Assembly (NCBI GenBank): GCA_028690555.1
Contig: JAQVBA010000002.1
Coordinates: 1-46,861, forward strand
Direction of reading: 5' to 3'
DNA: 46,861 nt
Source: Acholeplasmataceae bacterium
GTDB taxonomy: Bacteria; Bacillota_I; Bacilli_A; Acholeplasmatales; Acholeplasmataceae
The first letter of the stretch is position 1. Each line of letters begins with the position of its first letter. Positions 1-7,865 of the stretch are shown here, piece by piece. A program made the position numbers and the translations under genes. The notes under the pieces were generated by a model. The model saw nothing but the letters and a program-made list of their open reading frames with translations. It was not told the origin of the DNA and searched no databases.

Positions 1-917
1 GCGAATGGTTTATCTAATACTTTTTTAAGTCTTTCAATAATACCAGGTTCAACAAACTTATCAAAAAACTCCATTTCTTCGGGAAGTTTATCAAAAACAT
101 AACGAATAATATGTTTAACCATCGCTTCAGCGACTTCCATGTTGTCTTTTAGATCTGCAAATGCCATTTCGGGTTCAATCATCCAAAATTCTGAAGCATG
201 ACGTTGAGTATTCGAGTTTTCAGCTCTAAATGTTGGTCCAAAGGTATAAACATCTTTAAATGCTAAGGCATAAGCTTCAGCTTCAAGTTGGCCTGTAACA
301 GTTAAATTTGCTCTTTTACCGAAGAAATCTTTCTTATAGTCAATCGTTTTATCATCATTTCGTGGAATGTTATCTAAATCAAATGTTGTGATGTTAAACA
401 TTTGACCAGCACCTTCTCCATCATTTGCTGTAATGATTGGTGTATGAACATAAATGAAATTACGACTTTGAAAGAAATCATGGATCGCAAATGCTGCAAC
501 ACTTCTTAAACGAAAGACAGCATGAAAAAGGTTTGTTCTTGGTCTTAAATGAGCCACTTCTCTTAAAAATTCTCTGGAATGCCTTTTGGGTTGAATTGGA
601 TAATCTTCCGGCGCATCTCCTAATAATTCGATGTGAATTGCTTTAACTTCAAAAGGTTGTTTGGCTTGTGGCGTTAAAATCAGCTCTCCTTTTACTAAAA
701 TCGAACTTCCTACACGTATTTTTTGAACCTCTTTGAATTCATCAATATTTTTTTCTTCATAAACAACTTGAAGACTCTCAAAGAAAGTTCCATCGTGAAA
801 ATTGATGAACCCGAATTCTTTTTGAGCTCGATGATTTCTTACCCAACCTTTGAGAGTTAATTCCTTACCTAAGTATTTTTCTTGATCTCTAAAAATTTGT
901 TTTACAGTTGTTTGCAT
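1..917 (-). CDS. asnS: Asparagine--tRNA ligase, N-terminal ~305 codons (C-terminus lies beyond the window start)
   Basis: Absent from the ORF track because it runs off the window. The reverse complement from the ATG at 915-917 reads MQTTVKQIFRDQEKYLGKELTLKGWVRNHR ... GPTFRAENSNTQRHASEFWMIEPEMAFADL. This gives an OB-fold N-terminus and a class IIb catalytic core typical of AsnRS. The frame was checked (917-239 is divisible by 3). A GGAGG RBS lies at 921-928 (rc). The upstream T-box carries a candidate AAC (Asn) specifier. Confidence 0.85.
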   Translation of the reverse strand, partial: MQTTVKQIFRDQEKYLGKELTLKGWVRNHRAQKEFGFINFHDGTFFESLQVVYEEKNIDEFKEVQKIRVGSSILVKGELILTPQAKQPFEVKAIHIELLGDAPEDYPIQPKRHSREFLREVAHLRPRTNLFHAVFRLRSVAAFAIHDFFQSRNFIYVHTPIITANDGEGAGQMFNITTFDLDNIPRNDDKTIDYKKDFFGKRANLTVTGQLEAEAYALAFKDVYTFGPTFRAENSNTQRHASEFWMIEPEMAFADLKDNMEVAEAMVKHIIRYVFDKLPEEMEFFDKFVEPGIIERLKKVLDKPF

Positions 918-929
918 GATATGCCTCCT

Positions 930-1172
930 GATAAAAAATAAAACGCCCTTAAATGCTAAGGACGTAAATATTACGCGGTACCACCTTAGTTCTAGAAGTC
1001 ATTCTAGCCCTTAAATACACATAACGGGTGTCATCCGGATAGTTCTACTTTTCTTTCGAATTTCTTCTATCTCTCCGAGTGTTGATCATCATAAAGATTT
1101 TTATCTAGGCTCGCACCCTCCCTAGTTCGCTTTTAAAATCTTTTTTTATGATGACGGTCTCATCAACGATTT
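930..1172 (-). promoter_or_regulatory. T-box leader (tRNA-sensing transcription attenuator) upstream of asnS
   Basis: On the minus strand the conserved T-box motif AACTAAGGTGGTACCGCG is the rc of ~974-991. A terminator hairpin ACGTCCTT/AAGGGCGT (rc of 943-965) follows, then a U-run (rc of 932-942). A stem-I-like segment reads GCGAACTAGGGAGGGTGCGAGCC. The candidate specifier AAC-A is the rc of 1081-1083, in the context GATCAACACTC. A TATAAT -10 is the rc of 1179-1184. Confidence 0.85.
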
Positions 1173-1203
1173 GTCATTATTATACTTTCATTAAGCCTTT
1201 TTG

Positions 1204-2349
1204 TCAATCAAGTTCGTCCGTGGATTCTGATTCTTCATCAAATTCGATTTGATCAAATTTAGCTTCAGAGATATTTTGGAATTTTGTGCTAATTTTTTGA
1301 CTTGTAATTTGAACTTGATCTGCTGTTTTAGCAACCGTATCAATGGATCGTTTAAGCTTATCCCATCGATCCACATAACGTTTAAATTCATCGCCTAATT
1401 TATTTAATTCATCAATGATCACTTTGGCTTGTTCATCACGTTTTAAATTGTTTACAACTACTTGAATCATCGATAATTGTGAAATTAAAGTTGTCGGTGA
1501 AACAATCCAAACAGAATATTTTGATGCATAATCGATAAGATCTTGATGATAAGCTGCAATTTCTGCAAATATCGCTTCAGCAGGAACAAACATGAATGCT
1601 TGATCGCTTGTTTCCCCTGTAATAATATATTTCGTTCTAATGTCATTAATATGTTTTTTAACATCAAGTTTAAATTCTTTTTCAGCAGTTTTACGATCGC
1701 TATCTCCTAACGTTTGATCAACCATTCTTTTATAGTTATCTAAAGGAAATTTTGAATCGATTGCTACCATCCCTAATGGCTCTGGAGCGTAGACAACAGC
1801 ATCGGCTAAGGCTTTATTTGATAGCATTTTTTGTCGCTCATATAATTTAGGATTGTTTCCAAAAATAGCAGTGAGTAATTGGTATAGTTGAACTTCCCCA
1901 AAAGTTCCTCTCGCTTTTTTATCTGTAAGAAGATCATTCAATGAAACAACCTCAGTTGATAAAAGTTCGATTTTCTTTTGTGCTTCATCGATTTTCGTTA
2001 ATCTTTCCATCACATTCGTAAATGTCTCACTCGTCTTTTCAAACCCTTGGCCAAGACGTGCCTCAACTTTTTCATTGATTTCTTTGAGATGACGATCAAT
2101 ATGAAGCATCATGTTATCTTTAAACGTGTTTAAATCATTTTGATTCATCTTATTTGATTCACTAAATAGCTTTGCCATCTCATATTTAAGATCACCATAT
2201 TCTTTTTGAAAATAGATTTTAAGCTCATTTTGAAGTTCTTTTTGTTCATCAACAAGCTCAATATGTTTATTCTTTTTAAATGCTTTGATGACTAAAATAA
2301 TCACAACAATCAAAATCGCACTTAGTAATCCAATTTGAACATATTCCAT
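1204..2349 (-). CDS. rmuC: DNA recombination protein RmuC
   Basis: 381 aa with an N-terminal TM helix (LLSAILIVVIILVI), a long coiled-coil region and a C-terminal nuclease-like core (ARGTFGEVQLYQLL ... VAIDSKFPL ... FMFVPAEAIF). This matches the RmuC family. A GGAGG RBS sits 7 nt upstream. Confidence 0.8.
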   Translation of the reverse strand: MEYVQIGLLSAILIVVIILVIKAFKKNKHIELVDEQKELQNELKIYFQKEYGDLKYEMAKLFSESNKMNQNDLNTFKDNMMLHIDRHLKEINEKVEARLGQGFEKTSETFTNVMERLTKIDEAQKKIELLSTEVVSLNDLLTDKKARGTFGEVQLYQLLTAIFGNNPKLYERQKMLSNKALADAVVYAPEPLGMVAIDSKFPLDNYKRMVDQTLGDSDRKTAEKEFKLDVKKHINDIRTKYIITGETSDQAFMFVPAEAIFAEIAAYHQDLIDYASKYSVWIVSPTTLISQLSMIQVVVNNLKRDEQAKVIIDELNKLGDEFKRYVDRWDKLKRSIDTVAKTADQVQITSQKISTKFQNISEAKFDQIEFDEESESTDELD

Positions 2350-2363
2350 GTCATTACCTCCAA

Positions 2364-3305
2364 TTAATTTACATCTTCTAAATAATAGATGTGTACAACC
2401 TCATCAATAATTTCAACATAAAATGCTAAGTAAACATCTTCTGACATAATCATATCATTGACTGAAGTTATAAACCGGTCATCGTTTAGTGCTCTTGCAT
2501 AATTTCTTTGGTTCTCTGGCTCTATTAGAACACTTTGATATGCTCTACTAATTAAATCTGTGCAATAAAACTTATATTCTAAATCCAATGCGAATGTGAA
2601 ATTGTATAAGCTAATATCGACTTTATCATCTGCGTATGCCACAGCACCATCAATTTGTTCTTGTGTGACATTTTTAACGCGTATACCGATAAATTCAGGA
2701 CGGTAATAATTGCCGTAATACTTATAGCTTGGACTTGATTCACTCCGAAAATTTGGGTTTAACCAATAATTCGAACTCGTCACACTTACGGTTGCGCTAA
2801 AATTATGTGGTTCATCACCGGGGTGAAATATAAAATCGAGAATTGTCTCACCAGGTTGAGGAAAACCTACAGCTTCAATAAAGCGATTATTCCCGTTATG
2901 GATTGCTGCATGACCTCCAAAATTATAACTAATCCAGGGGTGAATTATCGGAACCCCGGGAAATGGTGATTGTTGTGATAAAAAGATATCTCCTTTTTGC
3001 CCAATTAACCTACGAGATTCATCGGTAAAAATGCTACGTGTATCATTTAATTCGTAAGATGTTTCACGTGAAACCTTGTGATAAACTCGCGTTTGGAAAG
3101 TCCCGGGATAATATTCAATTGTTTCCTCATGCTCATATACACTGCGTGATTTAAAATCATTAACGATTTTATTGACTTTTATATTTTCATAAGTCGCAAT
3201 CCCCATACTATACGTGAATGACATAATCAAAAACACTAAAATAACGATTAAAAATCGTTTCAATCGCTGGATTAATGTGCGTTTTTGATGTTTTCTAAAT
3301 GCCAT
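2364..3305 (-). CDS. Membrane-anchored hypothetical protein, probable permuted papain-fold (YiiX/YaeF C92-like) hydrolase
   Basis: 313 aa with an N-terminal TM anchor (LIVILVFLIMSFTYSMGIA). The order of catalytic-looking elements is His then Cys: GGHAAIHNGNNRFIEAVGF, then ~115 aa later YNFTFALDLEYKFYCTDLISRAYQ. This resembles the SH..G...EA / YCSELV pattern of permuted NlpC/P60-like C92 proteins. The assignment rests on motif memory only. Confidence 0.45.
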   Translation of the reverse strand: MAFRKHQKRTLIQRLKRFLIVILVFLIMSFTYSMGIATYENIKVNKIVNDFKSRSVYEHEETIEYYPGTFQTRVYHKVSRETSYELNDTRSIFTDESRRLIGQKGDIFLSQQSPFPGVPIIHPWISYNFGGHAAIHNGNNRFIEAVGFPQPGETILDFIFHPGDEPHNFSATVSVTSSNYWLNPNFRSESSPSYKYYGNYYRPEFIGIRVKNVTQEQIDGAVAYADDKVDISLYNFTFALDLEYKFYCTDLISRAYQSVLIEPENQRNYARALNDDRFITSVNDMIMSEDVYLAFYVEIIDEVVHIYYLEDVN

Positions 3306-3351
3306 AAATTCACCTACTTATGTGCCTATTATTATATCATGAAATATAGTA

Positions 3352-3387
3352 ACAAATAAAAAGCTCTTCCTATTTAAAGAAAGAGCG
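3352..3387 (-). terminator. Probable intrinsic terminator after jag/khpB
   Basis: On the minus strand, GCTCTTTC...GAAGAGC forms a hairpin (plus 3363-3386, one bulge). It is followed by TTTTTATTTGTT. Confidence 0.5.
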
Positions 3388-3393
3388 TAATCT

Positions 3394-4017
3394 TTATTTC
3401 TTAACCGGTTTAATCACAAGTGCGCGGTTTTCGCCTTCGCCTTCTGATTCAGTGGTTACATCGCGCCATTCACTGAGTTTCGTGTGAATGATTCTGCGAT
3501 CATAAGCATTCATTGGATCTAATTTGACAGCAATTCTTGTTTGTGCAACTTCTTTCGCTGTTTTTGTTGCGAGTATCTCAAGTTGTTTTCTATGATTTTC
3601 GTGATAGTTTCCAATATCTAAAGAAACGATTAAATGCCCATCAACAAAAGTGTTTAAGTAGTTTCTAAGCATATACTGTAAACTAATCAACGTACGTCCT
3701 TCGCGACCGATTAATAAGGCATTTTCATCACTTTCGACATGGAAATGGATTTCTTCGCCATCAGAGAGTGTACGAACTTCCATACGTGTTTCAATTTCAA
3801 GTGTTTTTAAAATGCTTTCTAAGTAAATTTTCCCTTCTAATGCAAGATTCACATTAGGCGTTGCTTCATAAGTTGCTGATGTACCAAAGCCTAATAGTCC
3901 TTTTTTCTCACGTAATACCGTGAGTTTAATTTTATCGAGTTGTAATCTAAGTTGTTCAATCGCTATTTTTTCGGCTTCTTGCAAAGATTTTGCTTCAAAT
4001 TCTACGCGTTTTAACAT
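3394..4017 (-). CDS. khpB: RNA-binding protein Jag/KhpB (Jag_N + KH + R3H)
   Basis: 207 aa. A KH-like core (IGREGRTLISLQYMLR) and an R3H motif region (DRRIIHTKL) are present. The position immediately downstream of yidC is the conserved one. Confidence 0.85.
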   Translation of the reverse strand: MLKRVEFEAKSLQEAEKIAIEQLRLQLDKIKLTVLREKKGLLGFGTSATYEATPNVNLALEGKIYLESILKTLEIETRMEVRTLSDGEEIHFHVESDENALLIGREGRTLISLQYMLRNYLNTFVDGHLIVSLDIGNYHENHRKQLEILATKTAKEVAQTRIAVKLDPMNAYDRRIIHTKLSEWRDVTTESEGEGENRALVIKPVKK

Positions 4018-4021
4018 ATGA

Positions 4022-5434
4022 TCACCCCAATATTTGTTTTTCTTGTAATTTTTGGTGTTTCTTTTCTGCCATCTTGCGGTTGATTAATGTTTGTCCTAAA
4101 GAATAAATGTTTCCAAAAATCCAGTAAAGTGCTAAAGCATTGCTTTGGTAAGATGCAAATACCATCATTACGACCATAAAATACATCATGTATTTCATCG
4201 TTTTTTCAGTTTGCATTGCTTGTGGGTTGTTGTGAGTCGTTGTTTTCTTTTGATAAGATGGTTTCTTTTGAGCAATTAGTTGTAGTAAGAACATTGTAAT
4301 ACCTACAATACCTGCTAAAACCATACCAATAATGCCATCTTGTGTATTTGCAAGATTAATTCCTAAGAAGCCTGTATGAGCTACTGAATCAGTGAACATA
4401 CCACCTTCGATTGTAATTCTTCTAACCACACCATACATTGCAATAAAGATTGGCATTTGCAAGAATGGAAATAGACAACCTAAAGCACTTATTCCATGTT
4501 TTTTATAAACTTGCATCATTTCCATTTGCATTTGTTGTTGTGATGCTGGATCTTTTCTCGTTGCATATTTCATTTGTACACGTTGCATGTCTGGTTGAGC
4601 GAGATTCATTTTTAACGACATATCGTTACTCTTCGCATAAATAGGCCATGCAAGAGTACGTACAACGATGGTCGTAAATAAGATACCAAGTGCAAATGAA
4701 TTCCCCATGAGTCCGCCGAAGAATGCCATGATATATGAGATCGGAATTACGAAAATCCAGTCAAATACGTTTGCATCCTCAGTAGTTACTGGTCTTTCAC
4801 CACCGGCAACATAAATATCGAATTCTTCTGAGATGCCTTGATATGTAACAGAAACTGGGTAACTAATCTTATCTTTAAATCCATCGTCATCCAATGGTTG
4901 ATAATCATAATCATCAAAAAGCGCAATAAATGCATCTTCGCTTAAAGTTTCATGCAGTGCTTGAATATCACCATCTTTTTCAATGGCATAAACTTCCATA
5001 CCGATTGGATTAAATGTTTTACCAATATGGTGTGAAACATTTTCTTCACTATATCGAATTGCTAACATTGCGATTGTGTTATCTTCGACAGGAACTTCTG
5101 GTTTAATGTAAATCTTAAAAGAGTGTTGTTCACCTTCAGCGATAAAATAGTAAGTACGTACACCATTATTATCTTCAAATAGGGTTGGAAGATCTCCATC
5201 ATACGTGACGAGTGTTGGAATACCAACCTCATTCACTGTCCAATAAGATAATCCATTTTCACCTTTAAATACAATTTGATCTTGTTCATCATATTCAAAC
5301 ACGACTTTTTCACCGTTTTCTCCATAAGGATTATTAACGGCAATTGAAGCAATGTTATCATCTGATGAATTACAAGCTGCAAGACTCAATGTCAAGATTA
5401 ACATCATGACAATAAATATAATGCGTTTATTCAT
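4022..5434 (-). CDS. yidC: Membrane protein insertase YidC/Oxa1 family, lipoprotein type, with ~200-aa extra N-terminal extracytoplasmic domain
   Basis: 470 aa with a signal peptide plus lipobox LSLAAC. The C-terminal ~250 aa is a typical Oxa1 core (FALGILFTTIVVRTLAWPIYAKS ... LGCLFPFLQMPIFIAMY ... ALYWIFGNIYSLGQ). The gene overlaps the rnpA stop by 8 nt. Confidence 0.9.
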   Translation of the reverse strand: MNKRIIFIVMMLILTLSLAACNSSDDNIASIAVNNPYGENGEKVVFEYDEQDQIVFKGENGLSYWTVNEVGIPTLVTYDGDLPTLFEDNNGVRTYYFIAEGEQHSFKIYIKPEVPVEDNTIAMLAIRYSEENVSHHIGKTFNPIGMEVYAIEKDGDIQALHETLSEDAFIALFDDYDYQPLDDDGFKDKISYPVSVTYQGISEEFDIYVAGGERPVTTEDANVFDWIFVIPISYIMAFFGGLMGNSFALGILFTTIVVRTLAWPIYAKSNDMSLKMNLAQPDMQRVQMKYATRKDPASQQQMQMEMMQVYKKHGISALGCLFPFLQMPIFIAMYGVVRRITIEGGMFTDSVAHTGFLGINLANTQDGIIGMVLAGIVGITMFLLQLIAQKKPSYQKKTTTHNNPQAMQTEKTMKYMMYFMVVMMVFASYQSNALALYWIFGNIYSLGQTLINRKMAEKKHQKLQEKQILG

Positions 5435-5777
5435 CTGTGTTCTCCAATAGTTTTGATTTTTTCATAAGTTCAATCAATTGATACTTCATGTCGTTATACG
5501 ATAAATCTTTAGAATTAGGTTTTATAACGATGACGAAGCATACATCTGATTTCATATGGTTACTTTGTTCAGTAACAATCATTCGAATCCGACGTTTTGC
5601 GAGATTTCGTTTAACAGCATTTCCATATTTCTTTCCAATAGATAATGCGAAACGAAAATGACTCGCTTGTGGATCAGTCGATTGATAGATCGCATAATAA
5701 CTGTTTGATTTTGATGTTTTTTTCTTAAAGATCGCATCGATTTCGCTATTCTTCTTTATGCGATATTCTTTTTTCAT
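5427..5777 (-). CDS. rnpA: Ribonuclease P protein component
   Basis: 116 aa, basic. The RNR-like motif KKYGNAVKRNLAKRRIR is present. The position between rpmH and yidC is the conserved one. Confidence 0.9.
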   Translation of the reverse strand: MKKEYRIKKNSEIDAIFKKKTSKSNSYYAIYQSTDPQASHFRFALSIGKKYGNAVKRNLAKRRIRMIVTEQSNHMKSDVCFVIVIKPNSKDLSYNDMKYQLIELMKKSKLLENTDE

Positions 5778-5779
5778 AG

Positions 5780-5840
5780 TTTTTTAAAAAATAAGGACTA
5801 CTCAAAATAACGAAAAGTTATTATTTTAACGAGTAGTCCT
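5780..5840 (-). terminator. Long hairpin plus U-run between rpmH and rnpA (terminator or partial attenuator)
   Basis: AGGACTACTC (5794-5803) pairs with GAGTAGTCCT (5831-5840), with an inner AT-rich helix. On the minus strand the hairpin is followed by TATTTTTTAAAAAACT. Confidence 0.5.
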
Positions 5841-5861
5841 AGTGTTTTAAAATAATTTAGA

Positions 5862-5996
5862 TTAAACAGTTAACTCAGCGCGGCCTTTCAATCTGCGACG
5901 AGCAAGTACTTGACGACCACCAACGGTTGCCATGCGAGCTCTAAATCCGTGAGTCTTTTGGCGCTTTAACTTACTTGGTTGATATGTTCTTTTCAC
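5862..5996 (-). CDS. rpmH: 50S ribosomal protein L34
   Basis: (V->M)[43 protein letters not shown], 44 aa, is a textbook L34. I place the start at the GTG (rc of 5994-5996) with an AAAGGTGG RBS. The longer 66-aa track ORF runs into the promoter. Confidence 0.9.
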   Translation of the reverse strand: MKRTYQPSKLKRQKTHGFRARMATVGGRQVLARRRLKGRAELTV

Positions 5997-6034
5997 AAAT
6001 AAAACCACCTTTCTTGCGAAACCATGCTTTTTAA

Positions 6035-6063
6035 TTATATATAAAGATATATCTTTTGTCAAC
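6035..6063 (-). promoter_or_regulatory. Consensus sigma-70-type promoter for rpmH
   Basis: The minus strand reads TTGACA (rc of 6058-6063), a 17-nt spacer, then TATAAT (rc of 6035-6040). It lies ~35 nt upstream of the rpmH GTG. Confidence 0.7.
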
Positions 6064-6154
6064 TCAAAATATCATTGTTTTTTATGTGTTTGATTGAACC
6101 ATGATTTATGAAATGATTTTTACTCATTTTTCATAAGTCTATCTTAATCCAAAT

Positions 6155-6308
6155 TGTGGATAACTTAGCCACATTTTTGTGGGATTGTGGAAAACTGGAA
6201 AATTATTACAAACGGCTCCATTAAAGCCTATTTTTATCTATTTTTACCACAATATGCCCACATATTTACATTTTGATCAAAAGAGTTACCCACGAATAAT
6301 GTGGATAT
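6155..6308. other. oriC, upstream DnaA-box cluster (rpmH-dnaA intergenic)
   Basis: Matches to TTATCCACA:
- TGTGGATAA at 6155-6163 (perfect, rc)
- TTAGCCACA at 6165-6173 (1 mismatch)
- TGTGGGATT at 6178-6186 (2 mismatches)
- TGTGGAAAA at 6186-6194 (1 mismatch)
- TTTACCACA at 6243-6251
- ATGCCCACA at 6254-6262
- TTACCCACG at 6286-6294
- TGTGGATAT at 6300-6308 (1 mismatch)
AT-rich stretches lie between the boxes. Genes to the left are all on the minus strand; those to the right are almost all on the plus strand. Confidence 0.85.
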
Positions 6309-6371
6309 CTTTTTAATCTTTTTTGGTTTCTATATGTTATCATGAAATCACGAATAGAGGGGTATCAACAT

Positions 6372-7736
6372 ATGAATAATTACGATCAATTATGGCAGCG
6401 AATCCTTGGTGATTTAGAATCAACTTTTAATGAAGAAACTTACCAAGATGTTTTTGAGCCAATCAAATCTACACATAAATTCGTTAATGGCCATATCTAT
6501 GTTCTTGTCCAAAGTGAATTTATCAAAAATAGAATCAATCGTTTTTATCTTACGAAAATTAATGAACTTGCAACAAAATATCAAGGTGAACCGATACGTT
6601 TTAAATTTGTCACTGAACAAGAATTGCTTCCAGAAGAAACTTTAGTGAGTCCTGAAAGGAATCTAAACTTAAAGTATCGTCCTGGTAACTTAAATGCAAC
6701 CTATACATTCGATAATTTTGTAGTCGGTAAAAGTAACATGTTTGCTTTTAGAATGGCAATGAAAGTTGCTGATCAACCGGGTGCGGTTGCAAACCCATTA
6801 TACATCTTTGGTGATGTGGGATTAGGTAAAACACACTTAATGCAATCCATCGGTAACTACATTTTAGATCAAGATGTAAGTAAAAAAATTCTTTATGTAA
6901 AAGCTGATGGTTTTATTGAAGATTTTGCAAATTTATTAAAACGTGAAAAAATGGATGATTTTAATCATAAATATCGTGAAATTGATGTCTTATTAGTCGA
7001 TGATATTCAAATCATGGGTGGGGCTACTAGAACCCAAATGGAGTTTTTTAAACTCTTTGATTATTTATATCAACAAAATAAACAAATCGTCATTACAAGT
7101 GATAAACCAGCATCTGAATTAAAGAACATTATGACACGCTTAACATCACGTTTTGAAGTTGGTTTAACTGTAGATATTCAAGTACCAGATTTAGAACATC
7201 GCATTGAAATTTTAAAACGAAAACTTGCGACTGAATCGTCAGATATTCATGACATTCCAAATAATGTTTTAGAGTTTATTGCTTCTTCATTTGTAACGAA
7301 CATTAGAGAGCTTGAAGGCGCATTAAAACGTGTATTATTTTATTGCTTAACAAATAACCTTGACTTAACCGTAGAATCCACTGCTGAGGCTCTAGAACCA
7401 CTTTTAAGAACAAAGAGAAAGAGTGACTCCTTGAATGAAAATAATTATGACAAAATTCAAAGTGTTGTAAGTGATTTTTATGGGATATCTTTAGAGGATT
7501 TAATTGGTAAAAAGAGACATTCAAAATATGTAGTTCCACGCCACATAGCAATGTATTTAATTAAGTCAAGATATAACATTCCATATAAGACGATTGGAGG
7601 CTTATTTGGAGATCGAGATCATTCCACAGTTTTAGCTGCTTGTGAGAAAATTGATAATGATATCAAACAAGACCCTTCATTAAAATTAGCTATCGATACA
7701 ATTCTTAAAAAAATTGATTTTCTAAGTAAAAATTAA
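6372..7736 (+). CDS. dnaA: Chromosomal replication initiator protein DnaA
   Basis: Walker A GDVGLGKTHL, Walker B LLVDDIQ, and a C-terminal DNA-binding helix region (VVPRHIAMYLIK ... DHSTV). I place the start at the ATG at 6372 (MNNYDQLWQRI...), with an AGAGGGG RBS at 6356-6362. The track start at 6342 has no RBS. Confidence 0.93.
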   Translation: MNNYDQLWQRILGDLESTFNEETYQDVFEPIKSTHKFVNGHIYVLVQSEFIKNRINRFYLTKINELATKYQGEPIRFKFVTEQELLPEETLVSPERNLNLKYRPGNLNATYTFDNFVVGKSNMFAFRMAMKVADQPGAVANPLYIFGDVGLGKTHLMQSIGNYILDQDVSKKILYVKADGFIEDFANLLKREKMDDFNHKYREIDVLLVDDIQIMGGATRTQMEFFKLFDYLYQQNKQIVITSDKPASELKNIMTRLTSRFEVGLTVDIQVPDLEHRIEILKRKLATESSDIHDIPNNVLEFIASSFVTNIRELEGALKRVLFYCLTNNLDLTVESTAEALEPLLRTKRKSDSLNENNYDKIQSVVSDFYGISLEDLIGKKRHSKYVVPRHIAMYLIKSRYNIPYKTIGGLFGDRDHSTVLAACEKIDNDIKQDPSLKLAIDTILKKIDFLSKN

Positions 7737-7865
7737 GTGTTTATAAATTGTTGTAAATATGGTATAATAATTACGGTATAAAGCCATTCTAGGTTTTTCC
7801 CACAAATCCACATTTGTAACAATAATTTAAAGACTAATCTATAAGAAAATAAAGGAGCCGTCGTT
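7737..7865. other. oriC, downstream part (dnaA-dnaN intergenic: AT-rich region plus DnaA boxes)
   Basis: Two adjacent boxes keep the TCCACA/CCCACA core: TTTCCCACA at 7796-7804 and AAATCCACA at 7804-7812. They are flanked by very AT-rich sequence (7741-7790 and 7813-7850), which is a candidate unwinding region. The bipartite arrangement resembles Bacillus-type origins. Confidence 0.6.

Noticed and set aside
1095-1109. 15-nt identical plus-strand string AGATTTTTATCTAGG shared with 20665-20679
   Set aside because: In one copy it is the antisense of asnS stem I; in the other it is the serS terminator loop and stem. A single 15-mer match of AT-rich hairpin sequence in 47 kb is within chance expectation. 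I do not read it as a repeat element.
5997-6062. 66-aa version of rpmH
   Set aside because: The extension runs through the consensus TTGACA-17-TATAAT promoter. L34 is universally ~44-46 aa, and the GTG at 5996 has a good RBS.
6342-6371. Longer DnaA N-terminus (MKSRIEGYQH...) from the track ORF start
   Set aside because: No RBS precedes 6342. The ATG at 6372 has an AGAGGGG RBS at 9-nt spacing and yields a typical DnaA N-terminus.
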